Notes under the pieces: model-generated
The model's database searches: none
Told to the model about the DNA's origin: nothing
What the model saw: the letters and a program-made list of their open reading frames with translations, nothing else
Translations under genes and position numbers: made by a program
Assembly (NCBI GenBank): GCA_013239625.1
Contig: MU053873.1
Coordinates: forward strand, 2,246,524 to 2,310,523
Direction of reading: 5' to 3'
DNA length: 64,000 nt
Source: Lama guanicoe
Taxonomy: Eukaryota
Part shown: piece after piece, positions 12,195 through 24,760 of the stretch
Layout of the letters: the number at the start of each line of letters is the position of its first letter
How positions within the stretch are numbered: the stretch's first letter is position 1

Positions 12195-12425
12195 CAGCTA
12201 TTACAATAAACACCTCAGCCGCAACCTGTCTCTCATTTGCATATTAGCAGCCTTAATTCTGATGAAATATGCAAATATATGCAAAATGAAATTCATCTCA
12301 TAATGACACAAGGCGATTAAACAATTTTTATGCTTAAATATTCTGTTTAATGAAATCAAACAGACCTGCGCGTGTGACAAATTCTCCACAGCATGGAGAA
12401 ATTAGTGGGGATATAAAAAAGGAAT
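12195..12425. promoter_or_regulatory. Putative enhancer/CNE with clustered POU octamers
   Basis: ATTTGCAT 12235-12242, ATGCAAAT 12269-12276, ATGCAAAA 12279-12286, SOX AACAAT 12320-12325, FOX TAAACA; AT-rich and repeat-free inside GC-rich surroundings. Confidence 0.6.
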
Positions 12426-12924
12426 ACCAAGCCACTAGCAACCCCCCCCCAGCCCCAGCCCCACCGCACGGCCCAGATCTGCTTCACCTTTTTGGTGAGA
12501 AGAAAGGGGGAAAAGTGTGTTTTTGATAACCAAACGAACTGAAAATGATATTACTGAAAACTGCTAAAATAACTTAGAAGCAATATGCCTTTGTTTCTGG
12601 CTTTTGAGAGGACCCCCCAAGCTCCAGACCACACCTCCATATTATGGCCATAATGTATTTATCCTCCAAGCTGATGGAAGAAAGGGAGGCACACGTGGAC
12701 TGTGTGAGGCCAGTTCAGTCTTCATCTCAGTGCCCAGGAAATGGAGTGAGGCGTCCTTTGCCCACCCCTCCCAGCAGTAGGCTGGCCAGGAGTGTCTCTG
12801 AGCCAAACTTTCTTGTTCTGCTCACCTGGGCAGAACGTGTTCTTGCTTTGGCCACTGGGAGATGCTTTGAAGGCATTTGCATTCTTAGCCCTGCTCATTA
12901 AAATCTGTTCTGATATTTACTTGG

Positions 12925-13110
12925 AGGAGGAGAAGATGAAGAGTCAAGAAGGAGAAAGAGGAGGGGGAGGAAGAGGAAAGGGGATAGACAGAAGAGAAAA
13001 GAAAAGGGTGAAGAGAAAGAAGTATAAGGTCGGGGGGTAGAATGAAGAAGGTGTATAGAATAAAGGGGTGAACAGAGAAAAGGGTGAGAGGTATAGATAA
13101 AGAAGAAATA
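12925..13110. repeat. Purine-rich (GA) low-complexity tract
   Basis: Almost exclusively G/A on the + strand; a similar tract lies at ~11550-11850. Confidence 0.8.
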
Positions 13111-13784
13111 ATGGCTAATAGTTTTGAACCATAGGTGTGTGTTTTCTTGTATGTGATCTCACTGAATTCTCCTGTCAACTCTCTGAGTTTGGTATGATTA
13201 TCATAACCATGTTGTATCAGTGATAAGGAAGCCAAGGTTCAGAGAAGTTAAGTAAGCTGTCCAAAGTCACACAGCAGAGATGAGGGAAGGAGGAATCAGG
13301 ATTCAAGTACAGACACGTTGAGCTGGTGGAGCATTCTCCAAGGGAGCTGGGGATGGGAAGAGGGTCTACGAACTCCCCTTACAAATTCTGGGAGATTTGG
13401 GCAAGTCTCCGGGGTGTTAATTTGCATTTGGACCCTGAGGGCTCCTGGAAAAAAGCCATTTGGAGACTGAATGGAAGGTCTGGCACTGTGCGTGAGCACT
13501 CAATAGCAGAGCTTTCTCTGATCTCCTCATCTAAAGGGTCCAGCACCCAGCTCCCTCTGTTTCAGTGTCATTTTATCATTGACTTGTTTGTTGCCATGTC
13601 CCCAATAGAATGTGCTTTCCAGGAGGGCAGGGCCCTGTCTGGCTCACTGTCCGGCGTGCACTCAGCCATTGCTCACCCTTCTTGTGTCTTGACTTCCCTT
13701 CCAGAGGCAAAGTTGCCTTGAAAGTGTCTGGGAACATTCCCCCAGGAGCCCCACGGATTCCCCCACTGACGGCCGTGACTTGCC

Positions 13785-14000
13785 AGGCACTGCTTATGTG
13801 CCAGCCAACCATCTAAGTGCTAGTTCACATTATTATCTCATTTAAGCCTCACAACAATCCTGTGAGGTAGGAACGATTATTATCCCGTTTGGCAAAAGAG
13901 GAAACAGAGACTCGGAAACATCAGGTTGCTTGTCTGAGGGTGCCCAGCTTGGCCAGGCCAAGATCGAAACGCAGGCAGTCGGGCTCCAGCTGCCTTACAA
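13785..14000 (-). mobile_element. MIR SINE
   Basis: ATTATCTCATTTAAGCCTCACAACAATCCTGTGAGGTAGG...ATTATTATCCCG...GAGGAAACAGAGACTC. Confidence 0.9.
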
Positions 14001-14929
14001 CAGCAATAATAGTAACTGCTGTGCTTTGGTGCAAGCCTGGCACTGCACGGGGCCCTCTCCTGGCAGCCCTGCAAGGCAAAGAGTGTATTTACTTCCATGT
14101 TATTAGAGGGGCGATGGAGGCTCAGAGGAGGTCACTGACCTGTCCAGGTTCAGACTCTCTCCCTCCTACATGGCAGATCTGAACTAAGACAATTCGGGCC
14201 ACCCAACAGCCAACTGAAGGGAGTAGATCAAGTGGTCACAGTGAACTCCACAGTCACCATCAGATGTAGTTAAAACCCAGCTGTCCTTAGGTCTGCAAAG
14301 GGAAGGACATTGCCCTGTAGAGCGGCGAGATGAGGGCTCCCACTGGAGGAGGGAAAATGTTCTGCAAATGGTGGGGGTCATTCCATGCGGAGCTGGAGCA
14401 TCCAGAGCTGGGACCCAGATTGAGTTCCAACGGTGACTCTGCAACTAACCAGCAGTGGGACAACCAGAGGGCAAGGGTGTGGGGCTTGCTCTCACTAATT
14501 CTCAGTTAGATAAAACAGGGACCCCAGACTTGGGTCACCCTGAGGCTCCTCCCAGCTGGGACAATTCTGTGGTTTCCGAAGAGCATTCAGAGTTCACCCT
14601 GGGCCCCTTGGTCTCAGACAGATGTGACAAGCTGGAATGGGGCCGTGCACTCGGCTGCCATGATTAAGGGGTGGGGGGAGATTGGCAGCGGGGAAGATTA
14701 AAGGTGCTGGCACCTCCCTGCTTGGCCAGGCTGCAGTTAAAGGGTGGCTGACAAATGTCTGCGAGAGGAGGACAGGAGACGTGACCCTGGCTGGGGGGTG
14801 GGGGCAGCCACTACAGGCAGGATGGGCTATCAAGGCGGCCAGGGACTGCGAGGAAGTGCCTACTGTGAGGCCGGCCTGTGCGACATGTGTGCGGTAGCTT
14901 GGGTAGTGAGGCAATGATCATACTCATCC

Positions 14930-15580
14930 CTCAGCAGCCATCACCATCACCATCATCTCTTGCTGGACCATGGCCTCCTAACAGCATCCCTAGGTCCAGT
15001 GTTGCCCCTTTAGTGTATACGTAACACATCAGTCAAAGCACTCTTTCCAGAAAGTGTCAAATCACATAATTGCTATGCTCAAAATTCTCTGATCGCTCCC
15101 ATTCCACTCCGAGAAAAAGCCAAAGCCCTTAGGATGCACACAAGACTCAGCCCGATCTGCCCTATCAACTCCCTGACCCCATCCTCTGCTTCTCTGCCCC
15201 TCCTCATCCCCCAGGATGCACGCCAGGGCCTTTGCACTGATTGGACCTCTTCTGGGACCACTCTTACCCCAGATAATCCCCTGCCTCATGCCCTTGCTGC
15301 CTTTGACTCTCTACTCAATGTTACCTTTTCGCTGAGGCCGTCCCTGGTCACCCCACCAAGATTTCAACCCCTCAGCACTCCCTCACCCCTCTGCCTGACT
15401 TATGGTCTCTCAAAGCCCTTACCTTCAGTTAACTTATTCTATAGTTTATTCCATCATATCTGTGCCTATCTCTCCCATTTGATCCTAAGCTCTGTGAAAT
15501 CTGTTTTCTTCCAGGCTGTATCACAATTGCCTAGAAAGGTAATAGCATTTAATGGGACCTCAAAAAACACTCATTGACTA
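14930..15580 (+). mobile_element. L2 fragment
   Basis: CACCATCATCTCTTGCTGGAC...TGCTCAAAATTCTC...AAAGCCAAAGCCCTTA...CAGGGCCTTTGCACTGA. Confidence 0.8.
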
Positions 15581-17544
15581 TTGACTGTATGTTGCCTACC
15601 ACTTAGAGCGCTTGCTCCCTTCCAGGTCCTGTGCTGAATGGTTTTGATCTAGTATTTCCTTTAACCCTCACAACAGACGAAGGAAGGTCCAAGAAGGTCC
15701 ACTCAATTAATGATCCTTGGGTATCATTCAGTGGTCCTCACAGGGGTTCATGGGACCTGAGATGATACTTTCTGTTGTATGGCAAGGGAAACTGGAGACA
15801 CAGAGAAACTGCTCCTCAAAGGTGACACAGTGAGCAAGGAATCTGGTACTTGAGCTGTTGTCTTTGATGCCCAATCCAGGCTCACTCTCCACTTTGCCTC
15901 CTTCCCTGTCTAACCTGTATTATGCAGACATGCCCAGAGCATCCTCTCCTATACCCTAGAGGCCCACAGCTCCCCTGAGAGTCACAGGAGTGGAAGCAGA
16001 GGCCAGAGGGCCTCACCTGGGCGAAAGCCTATGAATGAGACTACAGGCTGGGATTTGGAGTTGGTGGGGGCACTGAGTCAACATCTAGGCCTTTCCACCT
16101 CAACCTCTGCTGCTGGGCCGTGTATCTCCTGGCTGTGGTTCTGTGGCTTTGATGGTTGGGATCTCTGCCTTGATGTCACATGAGCACAGTGGCCAAGGGC
16201 ACCACCTCCCAAAATGCCCCTGCAGGGCCAAGATCCAATGAGCCCTTGGATCACAAGATTGGGTCCCTCAGGGGCCATCTGGGGCCCAGCGGCACTGTAG
16301 CCACATCTCACCCCAAGCCTTTCCTTGGAGTCATGATTAAAGAGGCATCTGTGCCATTGTCCCTCCACATTCATCCCTGCATCCAGGTTGTGCACACAGG
16401 GACCACCTCTGTCTTGTTCACCCCAGAAATCAACATTTAGGGGATGTTTGATTCATACCTATTGAAGGAATATTAAACCCCAAGGACTCTCTCTAATAAT
16501 AAACAGACTTCCTGAGAGCATCTTATTTTCCAGGTTCTGTGCTAAAGCACTCAAATGTACTGACTCAAGGCACATCTCACAATGATCCTGGGACTGATCA
16601 CAATGAGGTCAGTCTCACAATGTCTCCATTTTGCTGTTGAAGACAACGAAGCACAGAGTGGTTAAATAACATGTCCAAGACCACACAGCCAGGGAATGTG
16701 GGGTATGGGTTGGAACACAAGCATTCAGACTTCACAGTCCTTGCTCTTAACCACCTCCTCCCAATACCACTTGGCCTCCCTGCAGCATCTTTATTTAGAG
16801 TCTGGGACCCCAGCACAGTGTGTCCCCGAAATACAATCCTCACCACAGAGCTTGAAGCCAGTCATAGTCTCCAGCAGCAGCAGCAGGACCAGTGAAAGGA
16901 GTCTGGTTTCCCCAGGCCTCCACACAGTCATATTCTCCTCCATAAAGGCCATTTGAGAAATGAACATCTAAATGCAATGTCAGTTTTATACCTATGTAAG
17001 ACGTTGTACATAAAGAAATTCACAAATCTGGGAAATAGCCCTCATCCTTACTTTTGCCTCGTGAAATGTGGTCTCGGTAGGCATACCTCCTTTCCTCTGA
17101 GACTATTATCAGCCTCTCACTGCAAGTGGGCAGTCCCTGGACCCAGGGAGCTAGCGGCGTGTGGGATGTGCTCACACTTGGTGGATGACACTTTGTGTGT
17201 CCTTCCCACTGTGACATGATTCATCTGCTCACCGTCTTCAGTCTCCTAACTACACTTGTAAACTCACTCAACAAACCTTGGCACTTCTATTGCAAGACAG
17301 TGTCTGCGTGCTGATCAGAGGATCACTCTCCATCTCAGAGACACACAAAGGAAGGCAAGGAGGAGTGAATGGCTGGTCCAGTCTAACACAGCTGGCAAGT
17401 ATCTGAGCTGGACTCAAGCCCAGGTCTGTGCTACCCCCAAATCCAGGCTTTTATCCACTTTCCTAAATCTTGTCGCCTAAGGTCAAAGCAGGCTGGTTTC
17501 TTCTTTGTATCAGGCAGCTGTGAGTCCTGAAATAACGTGGAACA

Positions 17545-17910
17545 GATGCGAGAGCTGCTCTACAAACCTGATGGAACTCCCTGGGCACAAAAGGAAACTG
17601 TGTTTCCAAGACTCCCAGTAGCTCAGCAGGGCCATGTGACTCATTCTGGCCAATGAAATTTGAGAGGAAGTGACGACCACTTCCTGGTTGAGGCAGTCAA
17701 GAGCCAGGTGCATCCAGCAGCTCCCTCCCTTCCCTGCTTATTAGAAATGGTGCATCCCAGCAAGAAAGGGGGCTGGTTCCTTGTGTCTCCACTTCCAGGA
17801 CAGCCCTCGACTTTCATCAGACCACAACGTGACCGAGATGAAGATGGTCATTACAACCAGTCATTAGGATTTTTCTAAAAAATTGTAAACATGTCCACCT
17901 CCATTGACTA
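17545..17910 (+). mobile_element. MaLR LTR (MLT1I/J-like)
   Basis: GGCCATGTGACTCATTCTGGCCAATGAAATTTGAGAGGAAGTGAC...CACTTCCTGGTTGAGGCAG. Confidence 0.75.
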
Positions 17911-18039
17911 ATAAGAATAACATTTACAAGACTTGTGATCTGAGAAGAAACGTCTTTTTGTCACTGAGGCCTCTCTGCTGACTTAGCAACTTCCAGACTC
18001 ATTTGTTCATTTATTCATCTACCCGTGATCACTGGCCAT

Positions 18040-18440
18040 CTTCCTTTTGTCCCCTAGACCTTTCTCTACTCTCTTTACTCTGCTGTATTCCCAAGGTTCA
18101 CCTCTGTCAGCCCCAGGACCTGGGCTTCCTGAGCCTCTGGATTCTAGGCAAGCAGGGTCAATGGCAGGAGATCAGAGAGTGAAAGGGAATGAGAGTCAGC
18201 ATTTATTATCTCTCCTTTCAAGCCACAGGGCAGGTTCTGGGACGTCTCTCCCTCCTTCTGTCTTTTAAGACCAGGACTCATAATATTTTACTCTGCTGCT
18301 AGTCCATAGGTGCCTCAACATTTCTTGGTGGTTCCCCGAACCCTGCCCATACCTCTGTGCATAATCCCTTCATTAATACCTCTTCAGTTAAGCCATTTGA
18401 AAATACCATTTATTTCCCACTAGGTCTCTGACTGATATAC
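18040..18440 (+). mobile_element. ERVL solo LTR (LTR33-like)
   Basis: GGCAGGAGATCAGAGAG...AACCCTGCCCATACCTCTGT...CCCTTCATTAA...ends CTGACTGATATA. Confidence 0.7.
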
Positions 18441-18589
18441 CGACTCCCATGCATCATATCCATCCATCCATCTATCCAGCATCCAACCCATATGCATACA
18501 ATACCTACTATGTGCTAGGCAGTGTGTCAAGAGCTTTATCTGGTTGTCTGGTTAAAGTCAGAAAACATCCTGAAGTTTGTATTATTATT

Positions 18590-18830
18590 ATTGCTGTTTC
18601 TCTCAAGAGTCACCTCTGCAGAGAGGACTCCTCTGACTCCCAAATATACAGCAGTGCCCCTCTCCCTTTCAACCCCTTGCCCTGATCTAATTTTTCCTTA
18701 GCATTTATCATATTATACTCAATATTTATACATCTGAGCAGAGACTTTGTCCATCTTATTTGTACTGTATCTCCAGTACCCGGGATGGTTCCTGGTAATA
18801 GTAGGCATTCAACAAAATATTGGATAAAAT
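18590..18830 (+). mobile_element. L2 3' fragment inserted between MIR pieces
   Basis: GTCACCTCTGCAGAGAGGAC...CTGTATCTCCAGTACC...AGTAGGCATTCAACAAAATATT. Confidence 0.7.
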
Positions 18831-21800
18831 AAAAAATAAAGAGACAAAGGGAGAATCCGAGTCTCAGGAAATGAAGTCATTTGCTCACTTTCTCCCACAG
18901 AGGATTAGAGCCCAAATCCGTCGGAGTGCAGAGTGCAGGTCATGAACCACTCCGGAACACTGCCTGGGGCCCCTCTCAGGCACGGACCGACCTGCCCCAC
19001 TGCTGCCCTCTGGGAGGGGATGAACACATCTCTCTTCTTTGGGGAAGCCAGTACTTTCTGGGTACATTTACGTCTCTACTGGATTCGCCCATTTTAGTCT
19101 CTGCAAGTCCTTTTGGGATTATGTTGGGCGTAGGTTCCTCCGACAAGGGAAGGGGCCATTTCCGGACTCCCTGGGGTGTGCGGGCCCCTTTGAAGCCTGT
19201 GCCTTGTCTAGAGCCCATGCTCTCATCTGCCCACTTTGCAGGTGGGACTGAGTCCCCAGCTAGCTTGCCCAAGGTCACACAGCTACCAAGCATCAGGCCA
19301 AGAACTGGAGCCAAGTTCTGCCTGTTTCCAGAGCTCAAGTTCTTACAGGCTGTGCTGTGGTTTCACTTGTGGGTTCAGAAATGAGGAGGAAGTTGTTAAT
19401 AAAGGTAAGCGTAGTGGCTGCAAGTTCTCTGGCGCTCCCCGTGGGCCGGGAACAGTCAGTATTTTACAGGCACTTCTTATGCACATTTTACAGATGGGAA
19501 CACTGAGCTCAGTTTATGCCAGCACTCCCACAGCCGCTGAGTGGGCAGCAGGGACAGCCTCCCGCCCACTCTTCCCCAGGCCAGTGCCCTTCACCGACGC
19601 GCTCTCCCCGGGGCCTGCCCCTTCCCAGCCACATCGCTGCCAAGGCTGCCCGCTAGGGAGCTCGGCAGTGGCCCGACACAGCGTCTGCACACAGCTTGGG
19701 AGAAACCCAAGTGCCGTTTCCACCTGATAATAAATATGTGTCAGAGAGGACTTGATCCAAGTGACCTTGGGCTCCGGGGCCGCTGGACCGTGAAAAGCCT
19801 TTGACAAAATCCTTTTGCCTCGAGAGGCTGAGTCCAAATTACAGGCGATTATGGACGCTTGGCATGACTTCCCCAGTTGGCCTTTTCTTTCTCGTGGGCT
19901 GGAATGGCTCCTTTGCGTTGGAAAGGATCCCAGCTGGGCCCGGGACCGGCCACCTCACCCTCGTTGGCAGGGTCTGTTTCCTCAAGAGCTGGGGACGATC
20001 CCCTAACCCGCTTCTCAGGTTCATCTGTTTATTGTGACTGGTGGTCACACTCATACTTCAAAATCCAACCTTACCGGCACCACCACGACATTTACCGGTT
20101 ACTGAGCGCCCACCGTCTGCCGGGCCCATCACCAGCCCCTCCCCGAGTCTCCCAACAGTCCTATGAGGAAGAAACCCATTGGTCTGTTGCTCTGGAGAAC
20201 CCAGGCTAATACATAGCATTGTTATTCATGTGCCCATTTGCAGATGAGAAAATCGAGGCTTGCCCAACTGGAGTGGCTTTCTGCTGGATCTTAGCAGAGA
20301 AACATCAGCACCAGGGCTGAGGAGGGCTCGGCTTATGAATCTAGCCTGAGAGAGACCCAGTGACTTGAGGGGGAGGGCATTCAGGAACATTGTCCCCAGA
20401 GAGCAGAGCTTAGTCTGGTTTTCCGGGTCTCCTCCAGCAAAGCTTCAAGGTGCCTTCCCTGGGCGCCCCTCCTGCCTTCTCGGCATCTGCGCTCTCGCGC
20501 TGGCGGCCCTCCCTCCGCGGAGACACCCCGCCCTGCACTCAGCCTGCTGCACGTCTCTGCCTCCAGGAGCACTGCCTCCTGGCTTGAGCCCCCCTTTCCC
20601 AGAAGACTTGACTGGTCCCCGCCTCCTCTCCTGGTGCCGATGCTCTCATATCTCCATGTGCCCATGTCTCCCCAGCTGCTCCGTGAAGGGTGGACCCTGT
20701 CTCCTACACTGTCACCTTGCTCTTCCCTGGGGTGAGGGCACCTTGGGAGAGCAAACATGTCTTATTAATAGATGACTTAACTGATGGATAAGAAGCAATG
20801 CGCTCCCAGGAATTGCACTGTGACCCCTCCCGGGGAGGGAGGGGGCAGTGAGACAGAGCCTGGTTTGAGGACAGGGACAGAGGACATCAGGCTGTGCCCA
20901 CAGTGTGCACGGGGCCCTGAAAGCACAAGAAAGCCCTGCTTAGGTGGGAGACACTGTCCCTCCCCCTTCTCCCACACAGAGACCAGTCCACCAGTCACAT
21001 GCCCCATGGTGATGGGCATGATTGTATGTGTGTTGATGGGAGAGAAATATGGAGACCAAGGGAGAGAGAGAGAGACAGAGAGACAGAAGGGAGAGAGAGA
21101 GCAGATCCTTAAGCAGCAGGAAAAATTCCCTAAGTCACATGAAGCTCTGAGTTCACCAAAATGCTTAATCAAGATAAGAAGGATGTAGTTGCTGTTGGAA
21201 AGGTTGTTAGGAGATTAACACAAGAGTTAGAGGGGCAGAGAGGGAGAGAGAGGGAGGCAGGGAGAGAGAGAAGTGAGAGACGAGATGTGGGGAAGAGGCA
21301 GGACTCGGGCGGGACTTGAAGTGAAACCCAGAAGAAGATGATAGGGGACTTTTTAGGCCAAGAAAGGCAGCCACTGACCCTTCGGCCCCCGAGGAAGGGG
21401 AATCAGTGGCTGCAGGAACAAAGTAGGGAGCCGAAAGGGAGAGAAACAAAGAAGGACCTCGGGTGAGCACACCAGATCCTCCACGCCCCTACCTCCGGCC
21501 CTGCAACCCTCTGGGCAAACCTGTAAGATGGGAGCTGTGACGTCCATTTTACAGATGCAGAAACTGAGGCTTGTAGAGGGCAAACTCTCGCTTAGGTGAC
21601 CCGGCCTTCGGGTGGTAGAGCCAGGAATGGACCCAAGTCTGTGTGGCCCAGTGGCCAGGCTCCTGCTGCCAGGAATGCAGAGCGGAGAGACAAGGGGTTA
21701 GAGGTGAAGAGATGGGCAGCGGTGACAGCACAGTGGGACACAGCGTGACGGGAGGAAGCCCCTGGAGCTGTGTGTCCTTTCCAGGGTTCCTCCCACGGCT

Positions 21801-22519
21801 GCCTGTCCCCTCCACCCTCAGCTAGGACAGAGTTAAGGGAATAGCCCTGCCTCGCCGGGCCTGGACAGGTACTGAGTGAGCGCCCTCCCCCAGGACCTAG
21901 TGGGAACAGAGCTGTCTGGGCCGCCTGGGCAGGGGCTGCCTAGCCAGTTAATGAGTCCGGGAGGGAACTGAACCCACAGCGCTGGACACAGGGCAGCGGC
22001 AGGAGGAAGCTAGAGCCACCGGGCCGCACGCCCCTGGCCTGCAAGAGGCTCGCTGAGGCCAACGGGTCCCGGCAAACAAGGGAGCTTTGCCAACCCCAGC
22101 TCCTGGGGCCTCTCTCTCTCCATTCAGGGCCCAAACCTGTGCCCCTCCCATGCAGACCATCTCCTCACTGCCATGGGGACCACATGACGCTGATTGGGAG
22201 GTCAAGGGTTCAGTTTAGAGCTGACAGGACCCTCAGAGAGCAGCAGCTCTCTTTTCTGTGTAGAGGTGGGGCAACTATGGCCCAGAAACAGCAAGCTCCT
22301 TGCGTTAGGTAGCACAGCAAGATGGGGCAAGGCTGGGATTCAGGCTCGCGTGTTGGTCCTCCTAGACTCCTGGAGGTTCTCTGAAGCCTGGGTATGTCCC
22401 TCCTGGGGAAGGGGGGACTCCATTTGCCCCAGGAGTGACTAGAACGGGCGATGTGATTTGCTCTTGTGATAGGAGGAAGCGAGGAAGCTGGGGGCCCGGC
22501 TGTTGCCAGCACTGACATA

Positions 22520-22725
22520 GGCTAACTGCGGGCACTGTTCTAAAAACTGACGCACATTAGCTTACTGAACCCTCCCCTAGACCCCACTAGAGCACCTTTA
22601 CTATCCCAGTTTTCACCTGAAAAATAGGAAGCCCAGGGAGTTAAAGTAACTTGCCCAAGGTCACACAGACAGAGTGGCCAAGTTGGAGCCTGATCCAGAG
22701 TCCACACTTTATTACGTAGGTAGCC
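22520..22725 (-). mobile_element. MIR SINE
   Basis: GTTAAAGTAACTTGCCCAAGGTCACACAG core. Confidence 0.8.
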
Positions 22726-23034
22726 TCCCCACAGAGGATGGGATCAAGGGTCCCCCGGATGGGCAGAGCCAGACCCTGAGTGGAGCACCTTCAGGGCAAG
22801 TAAGACCCTGAGGGAGTCCACAGCCTCGGGCAGTGACCAGTGGTCATTAATTACCCTCTGGCCTGACATTCGGATGACCACCAAGGCTGGGCGCAGAGTT
22901 AGACTCATTGTCCAATTTCCAATGCTCAAATTGTTTGGGGCAGTAGAGGCCCAGCCTCATGCCTACTTGTCTCCAAGAGCTTGTCCTGGGCCCCTGGTCT
23001 TGTGCTGGGTGGTGATTTCAGGGGCTCTAGGACC

Positions 23035-23187
23035 AGCCTGCCAAGACCTGCCTTTGGCCACCTGTGTGACCTTAGCCAAGTTACTTCATCTCTCTGGGCT
23101 TTAACTGCCTCCTCTGCAAACTGCGACTAAGAGTATTTTCCTCATAGGGTGAAGATAAAAGTGGTGAGTAATTGTAAAGTTCTCAGC
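23035..23187 (+). mobile_element. MIR SINE (5' part; tail resumes at ~24045-24112 after the L1 insertion)
   Basis: CCTGTGTGACCTTAGCCAAGTTACTTCATCTCTCTGGGC...CATAGGGT...TGTAAAGT; after the L1, GTAAAGTGCATAGAACAGAGCC...GGTGCTCAATA. Confidence 0.75.
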
Positions 23188-24044
23188 ATAACAAGGTGTT
23201 CAACATCTCAAATTATTAGGGAGACGCAAATCAAAACTACAAGGAGGTACCACCTCACACCAGTCAGAATGGCCATCATTAAAGAGTCTATAAATAACAA
23301 ATGCTGGACAGGGTGTGAAGAAAGGGGACCCTCCTACACTGTTAGTGGGAATGTAAATTGGTGCAGCCACTATGGAGAACAGTATGGAGGCTCCGTAAAA
23401 AACAGTAAGTAGAGTTATCATATGATCCAGCAATCCCACTCCTGGGCATGTATCAGAGAAAACTCTAATTAGAAAAGATACACACACCCCAATGTTCATA
23501 GCAACACTGTTTACAATAGCCAAGAAATGGAAACAACCTATATGTCCAGTGACAGATGACTGGATCAAGAAATTGTGGTATATTTATACAATGGAATACT
23601 ACTCAGCCATAAAAAAGAATGAAATGATGCCATTTGCAGCAACATGGATGGACCTGGAGATTACCACACTAAGGAAGGTAAGTCAAACAAAGACAAATAT
23701 CATATGATATCACTTATATGTGGAATCTAAAATATGACACAAATGAACTATTTACAAAACAGAAGGAGACTCACAGATATAGAAAACAAACTTATGGTTA
23801 CCAAATGGGAGAGGGGGTAGGGGAGGGATAAATTAGGAGTTTGGGATTAGCAAACACAAACTATGTCCAGAATAGATAAACAACAAGGTCCTACTGTGCA
23901 GCACAGAGCACTATATTCAGTATTCTGTAATAAACCCCAAAGGAAAAGAATATATATATGTATATATGTATAACTGAATCACTATGCTGTACACCAGAAA
24001 CTAACACAATGTTGTAAATCAACTACATTTCGATTTTTTAAAAA
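23188..24044 (+). mobile_element. 5'-truncated LINE-1 (disrupted ORF2p C-terminus plus 3' UTR), artiodactyl-type
   Basis: Translations [24 protein letters not shown] and MFIATLFTIAKKWKQPICPVTDDWIKKLWYIYTMEYYSAIKKNE are hallmark L1 ORF2p C-terminal motifs, split by a stop/frameshift; 3' UTR GGGAGGGATAAATTAGGAGTTTGGGATTAGC. Confidence 0.95.
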
Positions 24045-24199
24045 GGTAAAGTGCATAGAACAGAGCCAGTCCGTGATGGTGCTCAATACAAATGACTCTT
24101 GCTGTTGCTATTCTGAAACGGAGTGGGGGTGGGGGTGGCACAAACTGAAGCTGTCATCACAGGCCCCAATAAGATGGGGTTTCTGCTGCCCGTTGCCAA

Positions 24200-24760
24200 C
24201 CATAAATATTTACTGGGCATCCACTGTGTGCCAGGCCCTGTGCTAGGCACTGAGGGCCCTCGTGAATAAGGGGGTGCCACCCTTGCCCCCCAGACCTCCC
24301 AGCCTGGTGGGGAAGTAGAGGAGGAGATGGTCCCAGAGTGAGCAGGGCTGCAGAGGGAATCCTGAGGAGGCCCCTGGGACAGCCAGGGGTGGGATGTAGG
24401 CAGGCTTCCTGCAGGAGACACTTGGAGGATGGGCTGGACTTGGTCAGAAGAAGGTGAATGAAGAGGGGTGGCAGGTGGGGGGATCAGCATGTACACAAGC
24501 CTGGTGGTGAGCAAGGCACATGCACATTTGAGGACCATTGTGTGTATCCTTGAACAACATGGAGAGTGAGGTTGGGGTGGGAGAGTGTTCTTAAAGAAGT
24601 TGGGGCTGGGGGGTTATGTAGGTCAAAGGGGTACAAGTCTTCTCGCCAAAAGGGGAAAGGGATTTGGACTTAACTTGGGGGCAGTGGGGAGCTATGGAAG
24701 GTTGTAGGCAGAGGAAGGACATGGTCAAATGAGGGTGTGAGAAAGTCTGCAGCATGGAGG
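24200..24760 (-). mobile_element. L2 fragment
   Basis: AAATATTTACTGGGCATCCACTGTGTGCCAGGCCCTGTGCTAGGCACTG...GGCAGTGGGGAGCTATGGAAGG. Confidence 0.8.

Noticed and set aside
23149..23707. ORFs with real protein homology
   Set aside because: Disrupted LINE-1 ORF2p C-terminus, not a host gene or an active element
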